From an uncultured Planctomycetota bacterium (GTDB lineage Bacteria; Planctomycetota; Planctomycetia; Pirellulales; PALSA-1355): DNA of 64,000 bases. The DNA lies in contig CAVQEL010000052.1 of assembly GCA_963711515.1 (NCBI GenBank), forward strand, positions 53,235 to 117,234, read 5' to 3'. Each line of letters opens with the position of its first letter. Positions within the stretch are counted from its first letter, which is position 1. The notes under the pieces were generated by a model. That model did not search any database, was not told where the DNA came from, and was given only the letters and a program-made list of their open reading frames with translations. Shown piece by piece: positions 51,556 through 60,579 of this stretch. The translations under genes and the position numbers were made by a program.

Positions 51556-53457
51556 ATGTGCGGAATTGTCGGCTACGTCGGCCCGCGAGAAGCGGTCCCT
51601 TATCTCATCGAAGGTTTGCGTCGGCTCGAATATCGTGGCTACGACAGCGCGGGCGTTGCCACCATCAACGGATCAGGCCTGGTCGTTACCAAGCGAGCCG
51701 GCCGGCTGGACAACCTGATTAAGACTTTGGGTGAGCACAGTTCACCCGGCTCGGTGGGCATCGGCCACACGCGGTGGGCCACCCACGGCCCGGCCACCGA
51801 CACCAACGCCCATCCGCACGTCGGCGGCCAGATGGTCGTGGCGGTCGTCCACAACGGCGTGATCGAGAACTTCCGGCAGATCAAGACTCGGCTGGAAGCC
51901 GAAGGCTATGAATTCCAATCCGCGACCGATACCGAGGTGATCGCCCACCTGATCGCCAGTTGTCTGGAAGAACAGCTTGCCGCGGCCGAGGGTAACGGGC
52001 AGGCTGCCGACGACGACCTGCACGGTTGGATCGCCGCGGAGCACTTGCCGCTGGCCAAGGCCGTGCAGCAGGCCGTCGGACAGTTGCGCGGCACGTATGG
52101 CCTGGCCGTCTTGTTCCGCGATTATCCCGGCGTGATCGTTGCCGCCCGGCTGGGCAGCCCGCTGGTGGTGGGCGTGGGCGACGACGAGCACATTATCGCC
52201 AGTGATGCTTCGCCCTTGGCCGGGCACACCCAGCAGATCGTCTATCTGGCCGATCACCAAATCGCCGTCATCACGGCCGATTCGCTGCACGTCATCGATC
52301 GCGACCAGGGACACGTGCAACATCAGGTCAGCGTGCTCGACATTCCGCCCGACGCCGTGACGCTGGATGGCTACCCGCACTACATGCTCAAGGAGATCTT
52401 CGAGCAACCCGAGACGCTGCGCAACACGATGCGGGGCCGGTTGAGCATGGACGAGGCCACCGCCGTCTTCGGCGGACTGAACCTTTCGCCCCAGCAGTTA
52501 CGGAGCGTGAACCGCATTCTGCTCACCGCCTGCGGTACGAGCTGGCACGCGGCGCTGGTGGGGGAATACCTGATCGAGGAAATCGCCCAGATTCCCGTCG
52601 AAGTCGAATACGCCAGCGAGCTGCGATATCGCAATCCTCCGCTGGACAGCAACACGCTGTTGTTTGCCATCACGCAAAGCGGTGAGACGGCCGACACACT
52701 GGCTGCCTTGCGCGAAATGAAACGCAAAGGACATCCGACGCTGGCCATCTGCAACGTCGTGGGCAGCTCGATCGCCCAGGCGGCCGACGGCGGCATTTAC
52801 CTGCACGCCGGTCCCGAAATCGGCGTGGCGTCGACCAAGGCGTTCACCTCGCAGTGCCTGGTGCTGGCCATGTTGTCGCTCTACTTCGGCCGGATCCGCA
52901 ACGTCGGCTTCGACGCCGGCATGCGAATCATCGAGCGGCTGCACGAGCTGCCCGATCGCGTGGCCCGGGCCCTGGAGACCAACGACACGGTGCGGCAAGT
53001 GGCGGGCAAGTACTGCCACTGCACGAACTTTCTCTACCTGGGCCGGCAGTTCAATTTTCCCACTGCGCTGGAAGGAGCCTTGAAGCTCAAGGAAATCAGC
53101 TACATCCACGCCGAAGGCTATCCGGCGGCCGAAATGAAGCACGGCCCCATCGCGCTGGTGGACGAGCACACGCCCACGGTGATCATCATTCCGCACGGCT
53201 CGGTCTACGACAAAGTGATGTCGAACCTGGAAGAGATCAAAGCCCGCGGCGGCCCGGTGATCGCCGTGGTATGCGAGGGCGACACCCGCGTGGCCGACCT
53301 GGCCGACGACGTGATTGAAGTGCCCCACGTCGAAGATTTTCTGCAGCCGATCGTCGCGATCATTCCGCTACAACTATTGGCCTATCACATCGCCGTCTTG
53401 CGTGGCTGCGACGTCGACAAGCCCCGCAACCTGGCCAAGAGCGTGACCGTGGAGTAA
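51556..53457 (+). CDS. glmS: Glutamine--fructose-6-phosphate aminotransferase (isomerising)
   Basis: ATG 51556 gives MCGIVGY (Ntn Cys). Two SIS domains and the C-terminal ..RNLAKSVTVE. Intact, 633 aa. Confidence 0.95.
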   Translation: MCGIVGYVGPREAVPYLIEGLRRLEYRGYDSAGVATINGSGLVVTKRAGRLDNLIKTLGEHSSPGSVGIGHTRWATHGPATDTNAHPHVGGQMVVAVVHNGVIENFRQIKTRLEAEGYEFQSATDTEVIAHLIASCLEEQLAAAEGNGQAADDDLHGWIAAEHLPLAKAVQQAVGQLRGTYGLAVLFRDYPGVIVAARLGSPLVVGVGDDEHIIASDASPLAGHTQQIVYLADHQIAVITADSLHVIDRDQGHVQHQVSVLDIPPDAVTLDGYPHYMLKEIFEQPETLRNTMRGRLSMDEATAVFGGLNLSPQQLRSVNRILLTACGTSWHAALVGEYLIEEIAQIPVEVEYASELRYRNPPLDSNTLLFAITQSGETADTLAALREMKRKGHPTLAICNVVGSSIAQAADGGIYLHAGPEIGVASTKAFTSQCLVLAMLSLYFGRIRNVGFDAGMRIIERLHELPDRVARALETNDTVRQVAGKYCHCTNFLYLGRQFNFPTALEGALKLKEISYIHAEGYPAAEMKHGPIALVDEHTPTVIIIPHGSVYDKVMSNLEEIKARGGPVIAVVCEGDTRVADLADDVIEVPHVEDFLQPIVAIIPLQLLAYHIAVLRGCDVDKPRNLAKSVTVE

Positions 53458-53594
53458 AGACCCATCGAGCCGTTGCTTGTCCACTCCGCGCATCTGGCAT
53501 GTGATCATTTGCCTGCGGCAAATCGCCGCGTCAACGCGTCCGCGCTCACCCTGTCCACCGCGCAACGGCAGGGCTATATTTGAATTTTGCCCAC

Positions 53595-53668
<74 letters not shown>

Positions 53669-54242
53669 TTCGCGTCATCGTCCGACGCATCGTGACAGAC
53701 GCCAACCTCGTGAAGCTCAAGAGGTTGTGCGCCTATCTCGACCTCGACCTGGTTCTTCGACGCTGACGACCCCGGGTGGGGTCAAATCGGTCGCCGATGC
53801 CAAGGCCCCTGCCCAACGAAACCCCACGTCCCTTGTCTCTCACGTTGCGCTGATCCGAAAAACGGCCGAGGCAGTGTTTCGCCTGCGGATGGAGTCGAAG
53901 ACAACGAAAAGCTGTTCCGCAGACGCCATGCCATTGAACCAGCACGACTCTTCCATCTCGTTCACGACACACTTCGAGCCGGTTTGGTATTCCTTCCACG
54001 TGGTCGGCAAAATGCCAGTATCGCGATGCTGATTTCTGTTGATTGTCTACCGTCCAAGTGCACTATCTCCTTTAAAGTCCTGTGCACGAAGACTCTCTCT
54101 CCATTGGGCGACGTTTGATGCACTCCGCTCAATCGAGTTTTTAAAACATGCCCCCGAAAAATGTTTGACGCGTTAGAGGGTGGTGGACTACGCTAGTGCC
54201 CCTAGGCAGTTTCGCAATGGTCGTTTATCAGGAGAACCGCTA

Positions 54243-55052
54243 ATGATCCCCACTCGTGAATTGTTTGAAAGTTTCGGTCGCCAACCCGTGCGCACCGTCG
54301 CGCGTCGCGCACTTGCGGGTTGCCTGGCAGCCACGTTCGTGGCGCACGCATCGGCCGCGCTTGCGGATTCATTTGCAGTTTCCGCATCTCCAACGAGCTC
54401 GGTGCAGGTCGACTTATATACAAATCCGCAAGATGCCTACGTGGATACGCTGGGTCCGAACGACGTGAGCGGCTCGGCCGACGCGACCGTGAGCGTCGGC
54501 CTCGGCGGCAATGGCTCGTTCGATTTCAATTCGGCCTCACTGTCGGTGGCGAATCAGACCGTCACGCTCACTCTTCCGAACGGCCTTGGTACCGTTGACG
54601 TCGTGATGGACAGCGTCGGGATGGGCCTCGTATCCACCGGCGGTATTCCGGTTGTCGGTAATCAATGGAACCTGAGCTCGATCGGTGCCCCGTCAAGTTT
54701 CACCGTCAGCTTCAACGCGGGGACGATGACCCTTAATAACGCGACCGGGCTTGCCCTGGTTTTCCTTACAACGCCGGCCGTCATCGACCTTGATGCAAAC
54801 CCCATCAACTTCACGCTGCCGAGCCTTGTCGCTGCCGGCGTCAGTGGTACGGCTGATTCGACTTCGATCAGCATGGTGATGTCCAACGTACAGATCGAGG
54901 GGTTCATCGACGCCGGCGGCCTCTTTCTTGACGGACAAATGTCCGGCAGCCTCTATCTGGCAACCGTGCCGGAACCAGGCACGTTTGCCCTGTTCGGCGT
55001 CGGTTTGATCGGTCTGGCGGCTGTGCGACGTGCCCGTTCGCGTCGGAGCTAG
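54243..55052 (+). CDS. PEP-CTERM sorting-domain protein
   Basis: ATG 54243, signal peptide, Ser/Thr/Gly/Asn-rich beta-type body, and C-terminal VPEPGTFALFGVGLIGLAAVRRARSRRS (PEP motif, TM, basic tail). Confidence 0.85.
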   Translation: MIPTRELFESFGRQPVRTVARRALAGCLAATFVAHASAALADSFAVSASPTSSVQVDLYTNPQDAYVDTLGPNDVSGSADATVSVGLGGNGSFDFNSASLSVANQTVTLTLPNGLGTVDVVMDSVGMGLVSTGGIPVVGNQWNLSSIGAPSSFTVSFNAGTMTLNNATGLALVFLTTPAVIDLDANPINFTLPSLVAAGVSGTADSTSISMVMSNVQIEGFIDAGGLFLDGQMSGSLYLATVPEPGTFALFGVGLIGLAAVRRARSRRS

Positions 55053-55089
55053 TCGCCGCGTACCATAAAATCTGCTGGAAGAAACGCAG

Positions 55090-55131
55090 AACGCCTGAGT
55101 CCAGTTCACACTGCGACTCAGGCGTTTTTTT
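55090..55131 (+). terminator. Rho-independent terminator after the PEP-CTERM gene
   Basis: Perfect 12-bp stem AACGCCTGAGTC / GACTCAGGCGTT (55090-55101 and 55115-55126) followed by a run of 7 T. Confidence 0.8.
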
Positions 55132-55272
55132 GGACATTTACTCCACTAGTGCTTTGTCATAAGTCTGACCTTCGGGCCAGACGTGGCACTGCCCAGGCCA
55201 AAGTTGTAGGCCAAGTGCAGCCGGACGACTCCGGCAGCCCAGTTTAGGACTTCAACACGATCTGTCGCAGGT

Positions 55273-56010
55273 CTACTTCGACCGCTTTCGCCAGCCAGCG
55301 CAAAGCAGGCCGAACACGCCCACCGCCACTAGCACGATCGTCGACGGCTCCGGCACCGCTCGCGTTGCGACGAGCGTCCCGATCAGCTCGAAATGTGCCG
55401 AGGTACCGGTGATCCGCGTGACCGGCAGCACCAGCGTCTCGACGCCTCCGGCGGTGGTCAGGCTGGCCGCCAGACTCGTCGAATTGGCGCCGGCACCGTC
55501 GGTCGGCGCCGCACCGAATATTGTTATGTCGCCAAATGCGCCCGGCAGCACCTCCAGATTCATGCCCGCCGGAACGGTGCCGTCACTGACGGTACCGGTA
55601 GTGATGTCCAGCGCCGTATTGCGCAGCGCCGCGGAAAGGACTCCTAACGGAGTGGCGGCGACTGTCACGATGCCGTAATTGTCAGTACCCGGATGGGCAT
55701 TCGGCATGTAAGGAGGGGGGCCGGCCGGGTTCAGCGCGGCGGTAATCGTGCTGCCGCCGCTGAAGGTGAGCACGCCGCCGGTTTCGTCAGCGGCAATGGT
55801 GCCAGAATAGGAGTCGGTGTCGGAGCCAGCCACTTGGGCTTGTACCGCGACTCCCAGCAAGCTCGTTCCCGGCCCTATTGCAAGGAAGCTCTGAGAAGGG
55901 TCAATCGTAAAGCTGACTGGCACGGCCTGAGCCACCGTCGACCACGCGGCGCACAGGGCACAAAACAATGCGATAACTAGCAACGCACGGACTCGGAATT
56001 TCATTAACAT
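55273..56010 (-). CDS. PEP-CTERM sorting-domain protein
   Basis: ATG 56010 (or 56004), signal peptide MLMKFRVRALLVIALFCALCAAWSTVAQA, and C-terminal VPEPSTIVLVAVGVFGLLCAGWRKRSK. Confidence 0.85.
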   Translation of the reverse strand: MLMKFRVRALLVIALFCALCAAWSTVAQAVPVSFTIDPSQSFLAIGPGTSLLGVAVQAQVAGSDTDSYSGTIAADETGGVLTFSGGSTITAALNPAGPPPYMPNAHPGTDNYGIVTVAATPLGVLSAALRNTALDITTGTVSDGTVPAGMNLEVLPGAFGDITIFGAAPTDGAGANSTSLAASLTTAGGVETLVLPVTRITGTSAHFELIGTLVATRAVPEPSTIVLVAVGVFGLLCAGWRKRSK

Positions 56011-56394
56011 TAGGCTCTCCCGGGTGCAACTGCTGAGGGGGATTGTCAGAAGCAAAAACGGATTTAGTTTCGGAGCATGACTAAACAGATGTTGACGCGG
56101 CATGGCATTCGGTGTTGAAACAGTCCGAAAGCCCACGCGGATGGCAAGACGGAATTGGCCATCTTGGATCTGGACCAATGGAGCAAGCCGCGCTGCAGTA
56201 AAGCTGCTGGACGAGGCCGCCGTGACTAGATGGCGTGGGTGGCAGCCGGAGTCGCGCTCGTGAATATCACGACACGACGGAGGCAGTCGGCCTTTAGAAG
56301 AAGCTCACTAGCGGGTCCAAACCGGTGCCCACGCGTCGGCCAAATTAGCGAGTATGAGGATAGTTTTGCTCCACGACGTTGTCAAACAAAAAAC

Positions 56395-56582
56395 GTCACT
56401 GTCTTGCCCCACATGGGTGGGCCTCCATCCTGGAGAGCCGCAATTCGACCGTTCCCTGACAGGGGCAGAACAATCGCTCCGGTGACACTTGGAGACGTTT
56501 CGGTCCAATCGGTTGAGGGGAAGAGCGGTTTCCCAGATTGCCGCGGTGGCCAAGCCGGGAACTTCCATTGGCCCCCAGTGAC
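56395..56582. repeat. Copy A of an unclassified ~170-190 nt repeated element closed by a 7-bp inverted repeat
   Basis: GTCACTG (56395-56401) ... CAGTGAC (56576-56582). The internal blocks CCCCACA.GGG, GAGAGCCGC.ATTCG, CAGGGGCAG, GGTGAC.CTTGGA.ACG, TCGGTC.AATCG and CGGTGGCCAAGCC are shared with copy B. Confidence 0.6.
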
Positions 56583-56683
56583 AGCGCGGAGCACCGCTCT
56601 GGCTGCGGCGGCGGCGAATCAACGCCGCTCTTACGAAAAGCCTGGCCACGCAGCGCGGCGGCTTCCGCCGTCGGTGCCGGGTC

Positions 56684-56936
56684 CTATTCGACTTCGATGA
56701 CTTTACCCGAGACCGATACTTCGACTTCCCGAATCTTTCCGTTGGGCATCGTGCCGCGGATTTCATAGACGTCTTCGCCGTTCACTTGGACGACTCGCGC
56801 TGGTGAACTTGACGTTGGGAAGCGTCTTTTCCGCGATGGCTACCAATTCCGGCGCGATTTCGGCCATCGGCACCACGGTGGTTTCCGCCTCTTTCGCCGC
56901 GCAGCCAACGCAGGCCAGTGTGAACAGAGAGCGCAA
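56684..56936 (-). CDS. Small PepSY-like lipoprotein; apparent frameshift at ~56790
   Basis: TTG 56936 gives MRSLFTLACVGCAAKE (lipobox). ..LPNVKFTSAS then shifts one frame to QVNGEDVYEIRGTMPNGKIREVEVSVSGKVIEVE, a PepSY-type beta pattern. Stop at 56684-56686. Both pieces fall below the ORF-track size cut-off. Confidence 0.45.
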
Positions 56937-56945
56937 TGGACCGCA

Positions 56946-57842
56946 TCAAAACTCCCCTGATACCGTTTCGCCACCAGCCCTGGTTGATAGGGCCTCAAAG
57001 ATTTCCGGATCGAGTTCGACCGTGAGGAACGAAACGTGCGTGTCGGCAAACAAAAAATTCGCCCCGCTCGGGTGCAAGCTGTGAAACATGTCGGCCTCGC
57101 CCAGGGGATCGCCGGGACTGATGTGCTCACCGGCCTGGCCGAGCACCATTGTCGCGCCGTGTTCGATTTCATAGGTGCCGATGCCGTCGGCCGGACCTGG
57201 GGCCAGCAGTGCTCCGGTCACCGATCCGACCCAAGTGGACTCGCCCAGCGCGTGGGAACGTTCGCCGACGGCGATCGTGCGCGACGTGCCGTCGGTGATG
57301 TCGCGAAACCGAACTCGGCTGTTGCGAAAAAACAGTCCCGTTCCATCCACGCCGGGCTCCGAGTTGCCGTACATGCCAACATAGTTGGCCGTAGCCACGT
57401 CGCAGATCTTCGTTCGCGACGGATCATCGCGCAGTGCCTCCCATGTCGGCGGCGCGGGATCGGAAGGACAAAGATATACGGCGATCCGCGTGATTCGTGA
57501 CTGCTGGTTTGCGCCGTCCTCGATCGAAAAATCGTATCGCAACAGGCCGCCGAGCGACGTTTCTTCCAACTGCTTCAGCAGCAGCGCTGCCCACCCCCAA
57601 CCCGGCCCCGTATCCGTGCCGCCGGCAGCGAATTGCGAAATATAGCCTGACGGCAGCGAGCGATGCGTCGATGCGTAGTTTTCAAACGCGACCCCGATTT
57701 GCCGAAGATTGTTCGTGCATTGGCTTCGCCGCGAGGCCTCCCGGGCAGCTTGAATGGCCGGCAGCAGCAGGGCCACTAGCAGCCCGATGATGCCGATCAC
57801 CGTGAGGAGTTCCACGAGGCTAAATCCGGCGCGTCGTCGCAT
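56946..57842 (-). CDS. DUF1559 protein with prepilin-type N-terminal cleavage/methylation domain (H-X9-DG family)
   Basis: ATG 57842 gives [51 protein letters not shown]-terminal [17 protein letters not shown]. Confidence 0.9.
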   Translation of the reverse strand: MRRRAGFSLVELLTVIGIIGLLVALLLPAIQAAREASRRSQCTNNLRQIGVAFENYASTHRSLPSGYISQFAAGGTDTGPGWGWAALLLKQLEETSLGGLLRYDFSIEDGANQQSRITRIAVYLCPSDPAPPTWEALRDDPSRTKICDVATANYVGMYGNSEPGVDGTGLFFRNSRVRFRDITDGTSRTIAVGERSHALGESTWVGSVTGALLAPGPADGIGTYEIEHGATMVLGQAGEHISPGDPLGEADMFHSLHPSGANFLFADTHVSFLTVELDPEIFEALSTRAGGETVSGEF

Positions 57843-58110
57843 TCGTTCGTTCCCCTGGGATGGTGTTTCCACCTGAGAATTGTACCGCATCCAGACGAGT
57901 GCGCTCCAGGCCATCGGAAGGCCCGGCTCTGTGCAAGCGGCGGGATGAAGTGGTCCCATTGGAGCGTCCCGATCACCTCGGGCAGCCGGCCAACGAAGCC
58001 TCGATGAAGCCCCTTTGGATTTGATTTGCGTCCGGGTGACCTACCATATAACCGTGTTTTGGTTGGGCCACGCAGCGCCGGGCGCCCTGGTTCGACATGA
58101 GGAGCGGCCA

Positions 58111-58428
58111 ATGGACGAATCGCCACAGGCCGGAGCGTCTTGCGATCGCTTTGCCGCGACGTTCGACACGTTCTACGGCGGCAAGCCCACTCTGGCGACG
58201 CCGTGGATCGACCGCCGCTGGTCGCGCGGTAGGTACCTGCGCTACGCATTGACGTTTGAGCGGCTGGGCGATCTGGCCGGAAGGCACGGGCTGGACATCG
58301 GTTGTGGCTCGGGAACGTACATCGCCGAGGCCATCAACCGCCACTGTTTTTCCCCACAAGGGGGAGCCTCCGTCAAGAGAGCCGCGATTCGTCCATTTTC
58401 TGGCAGGGGCAGGACCATAGGTCGGTGA
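58111..58428 (+). pseudogene. Truncated paralog of the downstream SAM-dependent methyltransferase (first ~76 codons only), running into repeat copy B
   Basis: GAGGAG RBS plus ATG 58111. DRFAATFDTFYGGK...WIDRRW...LRYALTFERLGDL.G..GLDIGCGSGTYIAEAINR is about 70% identical by eye to residues 14-80 of the 58751 gene. Homology stops at 58341, where the repeat begins. Confidence 0.7.
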
Positions 58429-58510
58429 CGCTTGGAAACGCCTCGGTCAAATCGAGCGATTGCAAGGCGGGATCTCTCGGGTGACTCGGTGGCCAAGCCC
58501 CGAAAAGTGG
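58341..58510. repeat. Copy B of the unclassified repeated element
   Basis: Aligns with copy A over its whole length, with roughly two-thirds to three-quarters identity by eye and near-perfect blocks. The closing pair CCACT (58341-58345) / AGTGG (58506-58510) keeps the copy A stem through a T-A to C-G exchange. Confidence 0.6.
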
Positions 58511-58750
58511 TGCCAGAATAGGCAAAATACAATCGTTCAGGGCAATCGCTCCGGATGGCATCGATCGAAGTTGGCGCAAGCTCGCCTCCGCCATTTCGGA
58601 ACGGATTTGCCGGCGGAGAATCTAGAGTATACTAATTGCTCTTGCGTCTTGCGGGTGAACGAACTGGACGTCAAGTTTCGGTAATGGCGACGCCCGCTGT
58701 CGCCGCGCTAATCTGCCGCCTGGCTCGCTGGCGGTGTCCCAGTAGATAAG

Positions 58751-59416
58751 ATGAGCTCGATGAACGAAACGCAGCAGGCCGGAACCTTTTTCGACCGCTT
58801 TGCCACGACTTTTGACACATTTTACGACGGCAAGCGCAGCGTGATGATGCAGTGGATCGACCGCCGCTGGCGGCGCGACATGTTCCTGCGCTACGCCATG
58901 ACGTTCGAACGCCTGGGCGATCTGAAGGGCAAACGCGGGCTGGATATCGGCTGCGGCTCAGGCCCCTACGTCGCCGAAGCGCTCAAGCGCGGTGCCTCTC
59001 AGGTCGTGGGGCTCGATCCCGCACCGGGCATGCTCGAGCTGACTCGGCAACGGGTCGAAAAGCTCGGCACCGCGGACCGCATCGAATTGATGGAAGGCTA
59101 CTTTCCCTCCACTCAGCCGGCCGGCCCATTCGACTTCGCCATCATCATGGGCGTACTCGATTACGTGGCCGATCCGGTGGCGTTCTTTCGCGGGCTGCGC
59201 TCGATTCTGACGGGTAAGGCGGCCGTTTCGTTTCCGAGCAAGCACTGGTTCCGCACGCCGGTCCGCAAAATTCGCTACCGCCTGCGCGACTGCCCGGTGT
59301 ACTTCTACGACGAAGCGCAGATCCGCTCGATCGGCAACGAAGCCGGCTTCGGTACGGTCGACGTAGTCAAGATCGAAGGCGCCGGCATGGACTATCACGT
59401 ATGCCTGGAACCCTGA
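58751..59416 (+). CDS. Class I SAM-dependent methyltransferase
   Basis: Intact 221-aa ORF. Motif I LDIGCGSGPY, an acidic loop GLD, and post-I/II blocks (FDFAIIMGVLDYV). Confidence 0.85.
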   Translation: MSSMNETQQAGTFFDRFATTFDTFYDGKRSVMMQWIDRRWRRDMFLRYAMTFERLGDLKGKRGLDIGCGSGPYVAEALKRGASQVVGLDPAPGMLELTRQRVEKLGTADRIELMEGYFPSTQPAGPFDFAIIMGVLDYVADPVAFFRGLRSILTGKAAVSFPSKHWFRTPVRKIRYRLRDCPVYFYDEAQIRSIGNEAGFGTVDVVKIEGAGMDYHVCLEP

Positions 59417-60282
59417 GCTACGCACCGCCGATCATCAGCATCGACGTCGAGGACTGGCCCCAATCCAGTTGGGACCGCGAGTTGCCCGTCACGCAGCGGG
59501 CGGCCGACAACACCCGCCGCCTGCTCGACCTGTTGGCCGAAGCTAACATTCGGGCCACGATGTTCATCCTCGGCAAGCTGGCCGAAGCGTTTCCTGACGT
59601 CGTGCGCGAGATCGACGCCGCGGGACACGAAATCGGCAGCCACGGCTACGGCCACGTCGAAATCTTCAAGCAGTCGCGCGGCGAATTCGCCCAAGATGTG
59701 GCCCGCAGCAAGGATCTTCTGGAGCAGATCGTTAGCAAGCCGGTGCGGGGCTATCGGGCCCCCGATTTTTCGATCATCCGCGAGTCGCTTTGGGCTCTGG
59801 AGGTACTGGCCGAGCAGGGGTTTGAGTACGATTCGAGCATCTTTCCCGTAAAGCGGCCGCGGTATGGCATTCCAGATTGGCCGCTCGAGCCGACCCGCGT
59901 GGGGCTGCCTGGCGGCATGAGCATCCTGGAATTCCCGATTGCCAGTTACCGGGCTTGGGGCAAGAACTGGCCCGTAGGAGGCGGCGGGTATCACCGCCTG
60001 CTGCCCGGCTCAGCCGGACGCTGGCTGGCGCGGCGCGTGATGCAATCGCGGCCGTTCGTGTTCTATTGCCACCCCTACGAGTTCGACGCCCGGGAGTTCG
60101 CCGAGATCCCGCTCAAGCTCCCCTTGAAGGTGAAGCTGCACCAGGGGCTGGGACGCGGCCGGTTTCGTGCCCGATTCGTTCGCCTGGTCGGCCAGTTTGG
60201 CGGCTGCCGGATGATCGACCTGGTCGAAGGGCACCAGTGGCCCGACTTCTCGCTCGACGCACTGGCGGCGACCTCCTCGTAG
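59401..60282 (+). CDS. Polysaccharide deacetylase (NodB fold plus DUF3473), XrtA/PEP-CTERM-locus subtype
   Basis: Overlaps the methyltransferase stop by 16 nt. Motifs ISIDVEDW, ATMFILG, HEIGSHGYGH, RGYRAPDFS and YDSS. The tail GGGYHRLLP...FYCHPYEF is typical of the DUF3473 extension. Confidence 0.8.
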   Translation: MPGTLSYAPPIISIDVEDWPQSSWDRELPVTQRAADNTRRLLDLLAEANIRATMFILGKLAEAFPDVVREIDAAGHEIGSHGYGHVEIFKQSRGEFAQDVARSKDLLEQIVSKPVRGYRAPDFSIIRESLWALEVLAEQGFEYDSSIFPVKRPRYGIPDWPLEPTRVGLPGGMSILEFPIASYRAWGKNWPVGGGGYHRLLPGSAGRWLARRVMQSRPFVFYCHPYEFDAREFAEIPLKLPLKVKLHQGLGRGRFRARFVRLVGQFGGCRMIDLVEGHQWPDFSLDALAATSS

Positions 60283-60579
60283 GCCGGCCGGCGGGAGCCG
60301 CATGCGACCGTCCGTCGAGGGAGCGGGCCGGAGCCTTTTGCAGCCTCCAAACTTACACCGGCGGCTCGCGTGCCGTGCGGCGTCCTGGGATCGGCCGTGA
60401 CGCTTCGCACGGATCGGGCAACACTTGCGCGGATTCGCACCCGGAAGATTTTTTTGCGGTGTTGTCGATTCCGTCCGTTCTCGTTCGACTGTTCTGTGGC
60501 GGCCAGGAGACGGCATTTGAAACCAACCGCGCAAACGATTCACACCCACTCTCACCTTTTGAGCGAAGGAGCTTTGACG

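Noticed and set aside
53700-54032. Integrase or recombinase remnant next to the tRNA (ORFs 53727-54032 + and 53733-53999 -)
   Set aside because: None of the six frames shows tyrosine or serine recombinase motifs (R..HxxR..Y, or an S-based catalytic block). The ORFs are short and compositionally odd.
54030-54242. Sigma-54 (PrsR-type) promoters upstream of the PEP-CTERM genes (also looked at 56011-56400 on the minus strand)
   Set aside because: No TGGCAC-N5-TTGC match was found. Only a loose sigma70-like TTGACG-17-TACGCT is present at ~54167-54195.
56395-56582. Repeat element as a known riboswitch (cobalamin, glycine, TPP, Moco, c-di-GMP)
   Set aside because: Fragments resemble pieces of several consensus sequences: GGGAACGGTCGAAT on the minus strand, CTGGAGAG..GGGGCAG on the plus strand, and GCCTCC..GAGAGCC. 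In every case key invariant nucleotides are wrong and they differ between the two copies.
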